Shown here: positions 1 to 11,348 of the stretch, piece by piece
Layout of the letters: every line of letters begins with the position of its first letter
Numbering within the stretch: position 1 is the first letter of the stretch
Assembly: GCF_006345805.1 (NCBI RefSeq)
Contig: NC_043013.1
Span: forward strand, 17,050,001-17,114,000
Source: Octopus sinensis
Taxonomy: Eukaryota
DNA length: 64,000 nt
Reading direction: 5' to 3'
Notes under the pieces: generated by a model
Told to the model about the DNA's origin: nothing
Seen by the model: only the letters and a program-made list of their open reading frames with translations
Databases searched by the model: none
Program-made: the position numbers and the translations under genes

Positions 1-200
1 TAACACCAAAAATTATTTACATCAAAAAGGTGCTTTTTTTCTATGAAAATCCCTATTTTTTACGATTTTTTTACTGCTGTGTCGCCATTTTTCAGTGTAT
101 TTCAACCAGAAAAATGTTCGCTTAAAGAGAATAAGAAGCTACATAATTCCAATTCTAAAGGGTCAAAACAAACCCGAGCAACGCCGGGCAATACTGCTAG
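1..200 (+). mobile_element. 3' part of a non-autonomous Helitron (runs off the window start)
   Basis: Ends with the subterminal hairpin CCCG-AGCAACGC-CGGG (173-188), then CTAG (197-200) followed by T. It is closely similar to the reverse complement of the full copy at 48410-48801. Confidence 0.85.
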
Positions 201-237
201 TATATATATATATATATATGTATTAGATATAGATATC

Positions 238-639
238 ATCATCATCACTTTAACATACATTTCCATCCTTGCATGGATTACACAGAATTTGTTGGAGTAA
301 ATTTTCTATGCTTGGATGCCCTTCCTGTCACCAACCCTCATCTGTCTCCAAGTAATGTAACAATTTCACAAAAGATTAGAAATGAAAGGCACAGTTTCTA
401 TGAGAGTGAAGTTAATTTACAACCATGCAATATTGAGACAAGGAACCAAAAACACACACATGCAAGCACGCACACACATATATATACACAATGGGCTTCT
501 TTTAGTTTCCATCAACCGAATCCACTCACAGGGCTTTGGTCAGCCTGAGGCTACAGTCGAAGACACAAGCCTAAAATGCTATGCAGTGGGATTGAACCTG
601 AAAAAGTGGTTGGTAAGGAAACTTCTTAACTACATAGCC
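238..639 (-). mobile_element. Composite tRNA/CORE-like SINE with RTE-type 3' tail ending in (GAT)n
   Basis: On the minus strand: tRNA-like head (A/B-box-like), CORE-like segment, (GT)n linker, then a tail with GGTTGGTGACAGGAAGGGCATCCAAG and GATGAT repeats. Similar copies lie near 9980-10340, 10740-11050, 13515-14080, 27085-27490, 30560-30940, 31190-31590 and 52140-52450. Confidence 0.75.
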
Positions 640-2103
640 AAGCATATATCACTGTGTGTGTGTCTGTGTGTGAGAGAGAGAGAGAACCTTTTACATGATA
701 ATTCAATTAGTAAATCAGTTCACTTAAACAAATGGAAGGGCTCGTTGATCATTCTCAATGGGATAGTGTCACATTATCCATCATCTTGAGCGGTGAAGTG
801 GTGTGGGACAGTTATTGCACAAGTGACACACTACAAAACACAGCAACACAACTTTACACTGCAGGAATTACAGCAATAAAAAATTACACTTTAAATAAAT
901 CACAAACTACTTTAAGTGTGTCTTATTTAAGGTCAAATCTGTCATACCAAACGATAAAATCTTAAAAATTAACTTCTGCAATCAACAGATGATATTGGTC
1001 ACATTGACAGACCCAGACTTCAACCTTGTTCCATCTGAATTGTATTGTTAGATATGAAAATTAAGACTAGATTGTATGATACAGAACAGAACTATGGCTG
1101 CGTAGTTAAGAACTTTACTTTGCAATGATATTGTTTTGGGTTTAGTCCTACTGCACTCCACCTTGAGCAACTATCTTTGATTACACCATCAGGGCAGGCC
1201 AAAGACTTGTGAGTGAATTTGGTAGACAGAAACTAAAAAGAAGCTAGTCAAACACACACACACACACATATGTGGAGAGAGACAAATATGCATAAATACA
1301 CACGCACACACATATCCAATAGTCTTCAGTACAGTTTCCATACATAAAATGTCAGGCTGTGTGGTTAAACCAGGCTATAGATTAAGATCATCAGCCAAAA
1401 ACAAGAATTATCTCTCTAACAAGCTTCCATACAGTTTTCCATCTACAAAGATTCTCAAGGCTTTAGTCAATACAAAGTTACAGTAGAAGATCCCTGTCTG
1501 TCTAAGTGTCATGCAGTAGGATCAAACCCAAGTGGGAAGTAGGGGGATTGAACCTTGAACATAGGACCATACAGCTTTAAGGATAAACTTCTTAGTCACA
1601 CAACCATGTTTGTGCCCACGAAAACACCTCTTAAAATAATTCACCTCTAAAACCAATGCCAATAACAGGAGCAATCAATCACCTGACCACTGGAGAACTT
1701 CCTCCAGTCCATAATTGGGCACTGTAGACAGTTAGGTGTGCAACTAGCGATGGGATGTTGGGGCTTTCATCCAGCAACAGCTGAAAGCCTCAACATCAGC
1801 TAAATGCAAAGATAAGGTTAATAGTCCTTCAAAACTTATGCTCTGCCCACAAACATATTAAACTACTTAGAGTAGGTTTGAAGCTACAGCTTGGAAGTAA
1901 TTAAAAGACAATACTGCCATGACCACCACCACTCTGTCCACTTAGTTATTACTCTTCAACTCTGAAGTGTTTCTATATACACCTACTAGTGTGCTTTATT
2001 GTTGCTATGACAATCAAATGCACACATACACACACCCAAAATATATATACACTCATTAACACATCCATGTGTGTTATATATTCTACACTCCTTTTAATAC
2101 ATC

Positions 2104-2134
<31 letters not shown>

Positions 2135-2759
2135 TACACACAAACACACCCTTTAACTTACATCTATATATAACCACTTCCTTTAATATGCCCATACCCG
2201 TACCTATGTTGTTCCTGGCAAAACTGCTGGCATGGCTGTCTGGTTAAGAAGTTTTCTTTCCACCTACACAATTACAGGTTCAGTTCCACTGTGTAGCACC
2301 TTCAGCAAGTGTCTACTACTAAGGACCCAAGTTGACCAAAGCTTTATGACTGGACCTGATAGATGAAATTGAAAGAAGCTCGTCCAATCCCACCCCTTTT
2401 GCAGTCTGCACTCCCCACTCCCATTCACCTTCCCACACAATCTTACAAACCATCCACCCACACATCCACTTTTTGTGGATGTGTGTTGTTAGCAAGTCAA
2501 AGTGCCCAGATGACCCCACAAGACTTGTGCCTTGTGGGGCCATTTGGGCACCATTATCTGTCTTGCAGCTCCTACTGGTCATTTTCTCTTCTCCCTATCC
2601 ATTTTTTTTTTACATACAAGATGTGAGTAGCCATGCAGATCCCTCTGCAGGGACCTGTTCTGCCCTGCTCCCACATAATAATTCCCACATCCCCTGACAT
2701 GAAACTGACCACCCACCACCTATCCCAGGGCTTGTAGTCTAGCACCCCAGGCTAAAAAA

Positions 2760-3308
2760 GTCTTCACCCACGTAAGGTGTTGTTATCTGTTTGGCGGGAT
2801 ATGAAAGGTTTAGTCCAATTTGAACTTTTAAACCCAAACCAAACAATAACAAAGGAGATCTACTACGAGCAGCTTGAACGGCTTAAGTAAGCATTAGAAG
2901 GAAAATGGCCATCTTTGGTTTCAAAGCAAAAGATGTTCTTCCATCAGGATAATGCTTGGCCACATACAGTGAGGATCACATTCCGAAGGCTGGAGCAGTT
3001 TGAATGGAGAAATGATGCCCCACCCACTATGTTCACCAGACATTGCTCCATCGGATTATCCTTAATTCTGCAGTCTTCAAAATCATTTGGACAGAAAAAA
3101 CCTGAATTCTGTAGACAAGGTCAAAACAGTACTGGAGTAGTTTTCATCATAGACAAGTGAATTTTAGAAGAGGGGCCTTGCAAGTCTACCAGATTGATGG
3201 AAGAGCATTGTAGAAAATGAAGGAGAATATATTTTAGATTAAAAAAGAACTTTATCTTAATTTTGAAAAGTAAAAGAAGTATAAAAAACCCACATTATTT
3301 ATGGGATA

Positions 3309-3314
<6 letters not shown>
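2760..3314 (+). mobile_element. Decayed mariner transposase 3' half with right TIR
   Basis: Translates across stops and frameshifts to KVLLSVWRDMKGLV..EIYYEQLERLK..MFFHQDNAWPHT..SPDIAPSDY. This matches the mariner DD34D catalytic motifs HDNARPH and YSPDLAPSD. It ends in a TIR-like CATTATTTATGGGATAACCC followed by TA. Confidence 0.85.
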
Positions 3315-3354
<40 letters not shown>

Positions 3355-3984
3355 CATACACACACACACACACCACACACACACACACCACACACACACA
3401 CACACATATATATATATGTGCATATATATATGCACACAATCACTCATGCATTTAACACACCTGTACACTTCCCCTTATAAGCATATGCCCTTTAACACAC
3501 ACACACATGCTCTTGAAGATACCAAAATATTAACATATGAAACAGCTGTTGAACATCATCACCTACCGATCCACTGACCATGTCATCACTTGCTCACAGG
3601 GTTTGCTCTGGCACCTCATCACTACCACCTTTATTTTCTTCCTAGTTATTTCCACCTACCCTTATGTAATGCAGGATAGCCATGCATCTTCTCTATTGCA
3701 ATACACCTCTGCTTGCCCCTAACACAAAACTGCCTCTCCCTTGTTTCAAACACACCCATCTTCCACCCTACTTAGTTGAGGAGGCCTTTTTCCTTTTCCT
3801 GTCTTGCAAGTTACTAGTGCTGGTGGCACAAAAAAAAGCACCCAGTACATACAGTAAAGTTGTTGGTATTAGCAAGGGGCATGCAGTGATAAAAACCAAA
3901 GCAGACATTGGTGACCAATACTGCCTTAAGGCTAGTCAGATCTTGTTGACCTATTTCTATAAGGAACAGACCACCATATATATA

Positions 3985-4168
3985 TATTTCTTTACTGCCC
4001 ACAAGGGGCTAAACATAGAGGGGACAAACAAGGACAGACAAAGGGATTAAGTCGATTACATCAACCCTGTGCGAAACTGGTACTTTATTTATCGACCCCG
4101 AAAGGATGAAAGGCAAAGTCAACCTTGGTGGAATTTGAACTCAGAACGTAACAACAGATGAAATACCA
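3985..4168 (-). mobile_element. tRNA-derived SINE (family 1), 5'-truncated
   Basis: Matches the family-1 body and tail: CTGAGTTCAAATTCC B-box, GCCTTTCATCCTTTCGGGGTCGATAAA central block, and AGCCCCTTGTGGGCAGTAAAGAAATA tail. Confidence 0.85.
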
Positions 4169-5124
4169 TATAAAAGAGATGGCCATTCATCTTTGTCTAG
4201 CGTTAATTTCTTTCGGTTAGTGTTTCTGTTACTGTCCAAGTGTCACACCTTTGGAACAGAACTGTTTCAATATATGCTTTGAAAAGTAGCAGTTTATTTG
4301 TATCACTAACCAGACGTTTGTAAATAAAGTAAAGTTTAAATCATGTTACTGTCTATGCTGCTAATTAGTGCATTTGTCCAAACGTTCTCTGCCAACACAT
4401 CCAAGATAAGAATCTGTGACAATAAGCAGTTAAGTTCTTAAATTGGTTCGTGTGTGTGTTTTCAAAGAATTCAAGTGATCAACAATTATTACTTGGCTTT
4501 TAAATTATTGATTTTTAGAGCTACTTCTACCACCAATGCAGTTCTAGATTTGGTTAGCTGTCTTTGACATGCCAACAACACTTAAAATGGTCGTATCACC
4601 AGTAAAAGCAAACAAAGGCAGTTTTACAATATGAAGTCAAGTGAATGGTTTTCTGAAGGTGTAACCATATTCTTAGAGATATAGGCATTATGTAATCCAA
4701 ATTATGACAAGGAAGGTGCAAGTGTGTCTGCTTGAAAACATCTCAGATTAATTAGCTGCCAGAAATATCACTAATATTTTTGGCATCAATCAAGTTAATG
4801 AACATTCCTTCAGTTGTTTTGGTGACAAACACTAAGACAGTATACAAAGGCTATTCCCTCTGTTACCTTCTTTCTGCAATTTTTTACAAGCCACCATTTT
4901 GTTGGCTAGGCTAAATACAGTCAAGTTCACTACATCTTCAACATTTGAATTCAGAACGTAAAGACCCAGAATGAATACCACAACACACTTTAACCAATGT
5001 TTTGACAATTCAGGCAACCTATCATTCTGGATGGGTCATTATTTTATCGACGTAGGAAGGATGAAGGGCAAAGATGACTTCTGTGGGATTTGAACTCAGA
5101 ATGTAAAGATTCAGAATAAATACC

Positions 5125-5320
5125 TATTTCTTTACTACCCACAAGGGGCTAAACACAGAGAGGACAGACAAACAGATTAAGTTGATTATATCGACCCCGT
5201 ACAGATGAAAGGTAAAGTTGACCTCAGCGGAATTTGAACTCAGAACGTAATGGCAGGCGAAATACTGCTAAGCATTTCACCCGGCGTGCTAATGTTTCTG
5301 CCAGCTCGCCGCCTTTATTT
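5125..5320 (-). mobile_element. Young family-1 SINE with 16-bp TSD, nested in the older SINE array
   Basis: Flanked by ATTCAGAATAAATACC at 5109-5124 and 5321-5336. It carries an internal deletion between the two ATCGACCCC direct repeats. Confidence 0.9.
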
Positions 5321-5417
5321 ATTCAGAATAAATACCACAACACACTTTGTCCAACACTGACAATTTAGAAAACACACCGCCCTGGACATTATCTTATCAA
5401 CTTCGGAAGGATGAAAG

Positions 5418-5660
5418 CATGACCTAATGATTAGAGTGCTGCACTCGCAATTGCAAGATTGAGGTTTCGATTCCTAGACAGGGCGTTGCATTGTGTTCAC
5501 GAGTAAATCACTTCATTGTACATTGCTCCAGTCAGGTCAGCTACAAATGAGTAACCCTTGAATAAACTGGTCCACCATTCAGTGAAAATATTGTTCTCTT
5601 TGTCACTTACATGCCATGGGAACCGAGTAATCAGCCGAGTCCTAAAACTCAAGACAGTAA
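5418..5660 (+). mobile_element. Older tRNA-derived SINE (family 3; related copy about 38365-38580)
   Basis: tRNA-like head (TGACCTAATGATTAGAGTG..GGTTTCGATTCC). The body shares TTGCTCCA..CAGCT..AAATGAGTAA..TGCCATGG with 38365-38580. Confidence 0.55.
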
Positions 5661-6126
5661 TGTCCAGGGATTGATAATAGCAAAAGATGAAGGGCAAAGG
5701 TTACCTCGGTGAGATTTGAACTCAGAATGTAAAAGAGCCAGAATAACCACCAAAACACAGTTTGTTCAATGCTTCCAATAATTTAGACAACCCACCATCC
5801 TGGACTTTGTTCTATCAATCCTACAAAGTTGAAAGGCAAAGATGACAGTGAAATTTCAAGTCACAATGGAAAGCGCCAGAATAAATACGACTGTAACAAT
5901 TTTTACCAATTCACCAACTGATATGGTTTCAAATTTTGGCACAAGTCATTAATCAGTTTCATTTTCTGAGTTGCTTGAATGGATAAGGAGAAACTGCATA
6001 ACAACTACCAACACTGAATAATAAATAATGTCAATTTACTCCACCTCTTGGTATTGAGTTCTTTGTTTTTATATTTTTAGTTTATTCAGTTAATTGCAAT
6101 TCAAACTAATGAGAGCCCACAATCAC

Positions 6127-6157
<31 letters not shown>

Positions 6158-6959
6158 ACACACACAAATACATATGGCAACTAACAGTTTAGATTTCCAA
6201 TGAGATGATCCAGTAAAGAGGGATAAAAGAAATAATCCGCTGTCATTAATCAAAGACATTAATTCCAACAGGATTATTAAGGGATCGTTGTCATCACCAT
6301 CACTCTCATCATCGTCATCATCATCACTAACAGCACCATCAGTACCATTGTCAATATGACAATCAACACTGCTATATCATCATCATCATCATTATTACCA
6401 TCAATATCATAACTATTTTATGAACCATCATGTCATTGGTCATAGATTTCCAACAGGCCAATTGCTGGTTCATCGTTTTTGGTGACAATAGTAACAAGGA
6501 AGTAATCGTGTAAGACAGAAAGAAAAATACCACAAAAGTATTGTATTTTTGTTCAACACAATAAGTTGTTTTCTTGCTGGCATGTGTATCTTCTGTAGAT
6601 ACACTGCTTAATATTGTACAAATGAAAAAGGAGTGCTCCTTTCATGCTGGTATAGGTTAGATACTGCTCTCTTAGATGAATTGGAGGACTAACTCTAACT
6701 CTTAAATTCCATTTTTGGCATGGTTTCTATGATTGGAGGACCTTCCCAACACCACCCACTTTGCATGGTATCACTGGGTACATTTTATCATGCTATCAGC
6801 ACTAGAGAGGGAGTCATTTTCTTCGTATTACTAAAGGTTTCTCTTGACTGTATGTTGTCTCTGCTTGTAGGGTTATGAAGACCTTTTAGCCTTGTTGAGG
6901 ACATGACAGCTCTCCCTCACTCTCTTTCCCTGCACCCTCTCCCTCTACTCCCCCCTCTC

Positions 6960-7245
6960 TGGCCGATGCCAGCACCGCCTCGACTGGCTTCCGGACCGGT
7001 GGCACATAAAATACACCAACCCGACCGTGGCCGTTGCCAGCCTCACCTGGCACCTGTGCAGGTGGCACGTAAAAAGCACCCACTACACTCATGGAGTGGT
7101 TGGCGTTAGGAAGGGCATCCAGCTGTAGAAACATTGCCAGATAAGACTGGAGCCTGGTGCAGCCTTCTGGCTTCCCAGATCCCCGGTCGAACCGTCCAAC
7201 CCATGCTAGCATGGAGAACGGACGTTAAACGATGATGATGATGAT
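6960..7245 (+). mobile_element. RTE-clade LINE 3' UTR fragment (2-3 tandem units plus terminal stem region and (GAT)n)
   Basis: Units GCCAG..CTGGC..GGTGGCACGTAAAAAGCACC, then GGTTGGCGTTAGGAAGGGCATCCAGCTGTAGAAAC and a (GAT)n tail. The same sequence directly follows LINE coding sequence at 14191-14340 and 55010-55437. Other copies: 10372-10590, 23661-23926, 26005-26452, 31662-32103, 37150-37364 (+) and 59108-59575 (-). Confidence 0.8.
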
Positions 7246-7876
7246 ATATATATATATGTGTGTGTGTGCACATATATCCTCTGCAAAATATATTGAGCAG
7301 AACTATAAAGCAGTCTTATTGCAGGGTTGGAATAGAACAGGTTTCAAAAAGTAAGAGTATGATTTAAGGAAGATTTTAACTGCTATTTTGTAGTAAGTTA
7401 AGCAACCTCATTTATGCTGCTTTTGTTGGCGTAAGAGGCAAAGTTACTTCTTGTGCATCTGCTGCACACGTAAACAATAACAAACAAAGAATATCAAACT
7501 TCAAAGACAGCAATTCTTGTTTCTAATTGTGTCATAGACAACAGATGTTCAACATACTGACATGCCATACAAAAGGGGTTTGTGAAAAGAATCTGAAGTT
7601 ATGGAAAGAGAGAGAGAGAGGTGTGTGTGTTTAATATTTTAAATCAATGTTTTATAAATTTATCTGACAATGGGATGATGGATTTGTGGGAGCAGAATTG
7701 TTTTTTGTTTTTTTTATGGATGAATGAATACCTCTCCCTGCCACAAACCATTCAGTCTTGAAGTAAAGGAATGTACCTTACTTTTGTTGTTATTGTTTTT
7801 CATTCAGAATGTGGCCTGCTCTTGTTTTTCATTCAGAATAGGTATTATGTTGATACCATGATCAAGTCCACAACTT

Positions 7877-8108
7877 ACTTCTTTATTGCCCACAAGGGGC
7901 TAAACATAGAGGGGACAAACAAGGACAGACAAAAGGATTAAGTCGATTACATCGACCCCAGTGTGTAACTGGTACTTAATTTATCGACCCTGAAAGGATG
8001 AGAGGCAAAGTCGACCTCAGCGGAATTTGAACTCAGAACGTAACGGCAGACGAAATACGCCTATGCATTTCGCCTGGCGTGCTAACATTTCTGCCAGCTC
8101 GCCGCCTT
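7877..8108 (-). mobile_element. Full-length young family-1 SINE with 16-bp TSD
   Basis: Flanked by ATCAAGTCCACAACTT at 7861-7876 and 8109-8124. It has a head GGCGGCGAGCTGGCAGAAA (A-box-like) and a B-box GAGTTCAAATTCC. Confidence 0.92.
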
Positions 8109-8859
8109 ATCAAGTCCACAACTTGTCAGTACATGAATACTTTAGTGTTACAACCATTCTGCTTCAAAATATACTTTATAACACAAACACAGGACACACT
8201 GACACACAAACATTCGGATAAAACTCGTGATTCATTTCATTGCCAATCATTCGTATTTAACAGTAAAGTAATAGGTGGTGCTGGTCATGGTAGTGTTGTA
8301 TAAAATTGGGTGAGCTGTGATCTAGCAGACCAATGTCACATAGACAGGTGACTGAATGTTTAGGGTTGATCCACAGGTCTGTTTTTCCATGTATGCCAAA
8401 TTTTTGTCTTGTTCACAATATTACACAGTTTGACATACAGTAGTGAATTGCCATGGTACACGGTGACAGTCAGGACTTGGTACAGTTTGAGCATAGTACA
8501 ACAAGAGGTCTATTTTGCCTTTCATCCTTTTGGGGTCGATAAATTAAGTACCAGTTGAGTACTGGGGTCAATCTAATCGACTGCCCCTCCCCCCACCTCC
8601 CCAAAGATTTTGGGCCTTGTGCCTAGAGTAGAAAGGAATATTGGTAGTGATGATGGTGATACTATTAATGCTGCTTAGCCCCAGGTCAGCTCAAATCAAA
8701 GGCATTCAAGCAGTGTCTGTCATCTATAATATTTTTTTTCAGGCAATATATACCCAGCACTTCATTATATAATGTGTCCTTCCTTATTTCGAAAGACAGT
8801 AGGGTGTGATCTGAGAGTCCCCTATGCTTGTTTGATGATGTGAATTGCTGCTGTTGTTC

Positions 8860-9107
8860 ATATTCTTCTGGTGGAGGTGGTGGTGGTGGTAGGTTAGTGA
8901 TAACAGTTTCATTGCTATTGTGGTGGTGTTCATAAAAATAGTGGTAGTAGTAGTAGTGGTGTGGTGGTGGTGGTGGTGGTGGTTGTAGTTGGAGTGCTGA
9001 TGATAAAGGTGCTGCTGTTGATGACAGTAGTCATAGTGATGATGTTGATAGTGATGGTGCTAGTAGTAGTAGTAGTGGTGGTGGTGGTGATAGTAGCAGT
9101 AGTAATG

Positions 9108-9185
<78 letters not shown>

Positions 9186-9210
9186 ATGGTGGTGGTGGTA
9201 GGGGTAGTGG
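8860..9210. repeat. Compound trinucleotide microsatellite (GTG/GTA/GCA/GAT)n
   Basis: Direct inspection; it produces the poly-V, poly-T and poly-Y ORFs in the track. Confidence 0.95.
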
Positions 9211-9505
9211 TACACAGGTAGAAAAGAATCAAGTTCACTCCTGAACCAAACCCAAAATAACAAAAGCCCAATGTTTCTCTCGTTGCTGTACAGCCTCTGA
9301 ATGTTTTCACTAAACATTGTTTTATCATAAATAAACATCAACATTGATTACACAATCAATCTCAAGGAGAATCAGGTCCAACACAACGGAGATTTAAATA
9401 TCACTTTTTAACAACAGCTATGGACATGTATACACACAGTCATGCACGTGTGTATTATAGATGCATGTACACACACACACAACGTTATAAAGTATATTTT
9501 GAAGC

Positions 9506-9906
9506 TGGCTTCATTCATCCTCAATGCTGCATATCTCACAAATGCCGACCAGACCTGGCGATTTGAGGCTAACGACCGCGTGATCTCCAACCACTCCTTA
9601 TTCCAGCGGCAAACGCCGTAGATATGGGGGCCTAGGTTGGGTTCCAGATCAGCCTTGACTGTCATCAGCCAGGTTTTTCGTTGTCCACCACATCGCTTTC
9701 GCCAACCCTGAAGGGGAGCTGGGGCAATTGCTTCATAAATGAATTCACCTGGTTGACGACGGAGGGCATGACCCAGCCAATGCAGACGTCTCATTAGGAT
9801 GACTTGTCGGAGGGAGGTGATTCTGCACTGGTGTCGCACCGAATTGTTGGAGAAAAAGTGATGCCATCAGACATGAAGGATGCAGCATAGACAGAGGTGA
9901 TCGAAG

Positions 9907-9917
<11 letters not shown>
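9506..9917 (-). mobile_element. RTE-clade LINE fragment (C-terminal region of ORF2), a different family from the 55010 LINE
   Basis: Translation AFDHLCL..SNNSVRHQC..RRLHWLGHALRR..GWRKRCGGQRKTW..LASNRQVWSAFVR matches the RTE C-terminal RRLRWLGHVLR / GRPRKTW / AQDRxxW pattern. Confidence 0.8.
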
Positions 9918-9957
<40 letters not shown>

Positions 9958-10170
9958 GTATGTGTGTGTGTGCATTCATCATTTTAGTGTCCACTGTTCC
10001 ATGCTTGGAGGGGTCAGACAGAATTTGTTGAGGCAGATTTTTCTACAGCCCAATGCCCTTCCTGCCATCAACCCTCACTTGTTTCCAAGTAAGGTAATAC
10101 TTCCGTGGTCAGGCATTTTTTCCACTGATAACTGCTCATTTACAACTATCACGTGATGTTGAGATAAGGC

Positions 10171-10210
<40 letters not shown>

Positions 10211-11128
10211 TGTATATGATAGGCATCCTTCAGTTTCCATGTACCGAATCCATTCACAAGGTCAACCCAAGGCTATAGTAGAAGACACTTGCTCAAGGTG
10301 CTGCATAGTGAGACTGAACCCAAGATCACATGGTTGGGAAACAATTTCTATGCTTGTGTTTCCATTTTCGAGCGTGGCCATTGCCAGTACCACCAGACTG
10401 GCCCTCGTGCCAGTGGCACTTTAAAAGCACCCACTACACTCTCAGAGTGGTTGGCATTAGGAAGGGCATCCAGCTGTAGAAACTCTGCCAAATCAAGATT
10501 GGAGCCTGGCGCAGCCATCTGGTTCGCCAGTCCTCAGTCAAATCGTCCAACCCATACTAGCATGAAAAGTGTACGTTAAATGATGATGATCACAAACACA
10601 CACACACACACACATACATAAGTGACATGCATGAGACTCTCGGTCCTTGAGTCACTTTTGTAACTTTCTGCTAATTAAAAAAAATAAAAAGTATTTACTC
10701 TCTCTTATGTATTGAGTGCTGTTTCTCTTGTTTGTTTATCCCGTGTGGTTAAGAAGCTTGCTTCCCAATGATGTAGTTTTGGGCAAGTGTCTACATTAGC
10801 CTCAAGCTACTCAATGCCTTGGAGTGAAGTTAGACAGAAACTGAAAGGAACCCATTATATATATATGTGTGTGTGTGTATTCATTTCTTGACACCATGTG
10901 GTGATTGCAAATGAGCATCTCTGTCACGACTGGCCATGGGGAAAATATTTCTTTGCTTGAAACTAGAAAAGGTGGCAGGGAGGATATCCAGCTGTCGAAA
11001 ATATGCCACAAATTCTATCAGACCCTACAAGAATGGTAAAGTAGAACATTAAAACAATGACAAAGATGGTACACATTAAACAGGTTTGCCATTTAGTAGT
11101 TTCTTCAGATTGTAACTTGAAAGATTAA

Positions 11129-11348
11129 CCCTTTCATTACCAACCTGGCTGAAACCGCCTCTGGCTTTGTAATACACATGTTTTGTTTTCATAAGTTTTA
11201 AATTAAAATCTTCCACCAAACCTTAGACACAATTTACGTTCCTAACACTAGCTTAATGATAACTAAGTTATTTTACTAAATTCTTTGTTATATTTAAAAT
11301 TAATTGAAAGAAACAGAGCATCTCGAAATAAATACAGAAACGAAAGGG
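11129..11348. mobile_element. piggyBac-like MITE (family B)
   Basis: TTAA|CCCTTTC ... GAAAGGG|CTAA (degenerate TTAA TSD). The body is similar to 33645-33877 and 50913-51137. Confidence 0.7.

Larger units (their letters stand above)
4940..5920 (-). repeat. Head-to-tail array of about four degenerate short SINE units, interrupted by two younger SINEs
   Basis: A ~140-bp unit (TTGAACTCAGAA..CAGAATAAATACCACAACACAC..ATCCTGGAC..GGATGAAAGGCAAAG) recurs at about 4945, 5090, 5715 and 5855. Confidence 0.65.

Noticed and set aside
382-965. ORFs 382-789 and 732-965 as genes
   Set aside because: The first overlaps a SINE, and the second has no splice or homology support.
8930-9344. Mucin-like poly-Thr, poly-Val or poly-Tyr/His ORFs
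   Set aside because: They come from compound trinucleotide repeats open in several frames on both strands, with no supporting gene structure.
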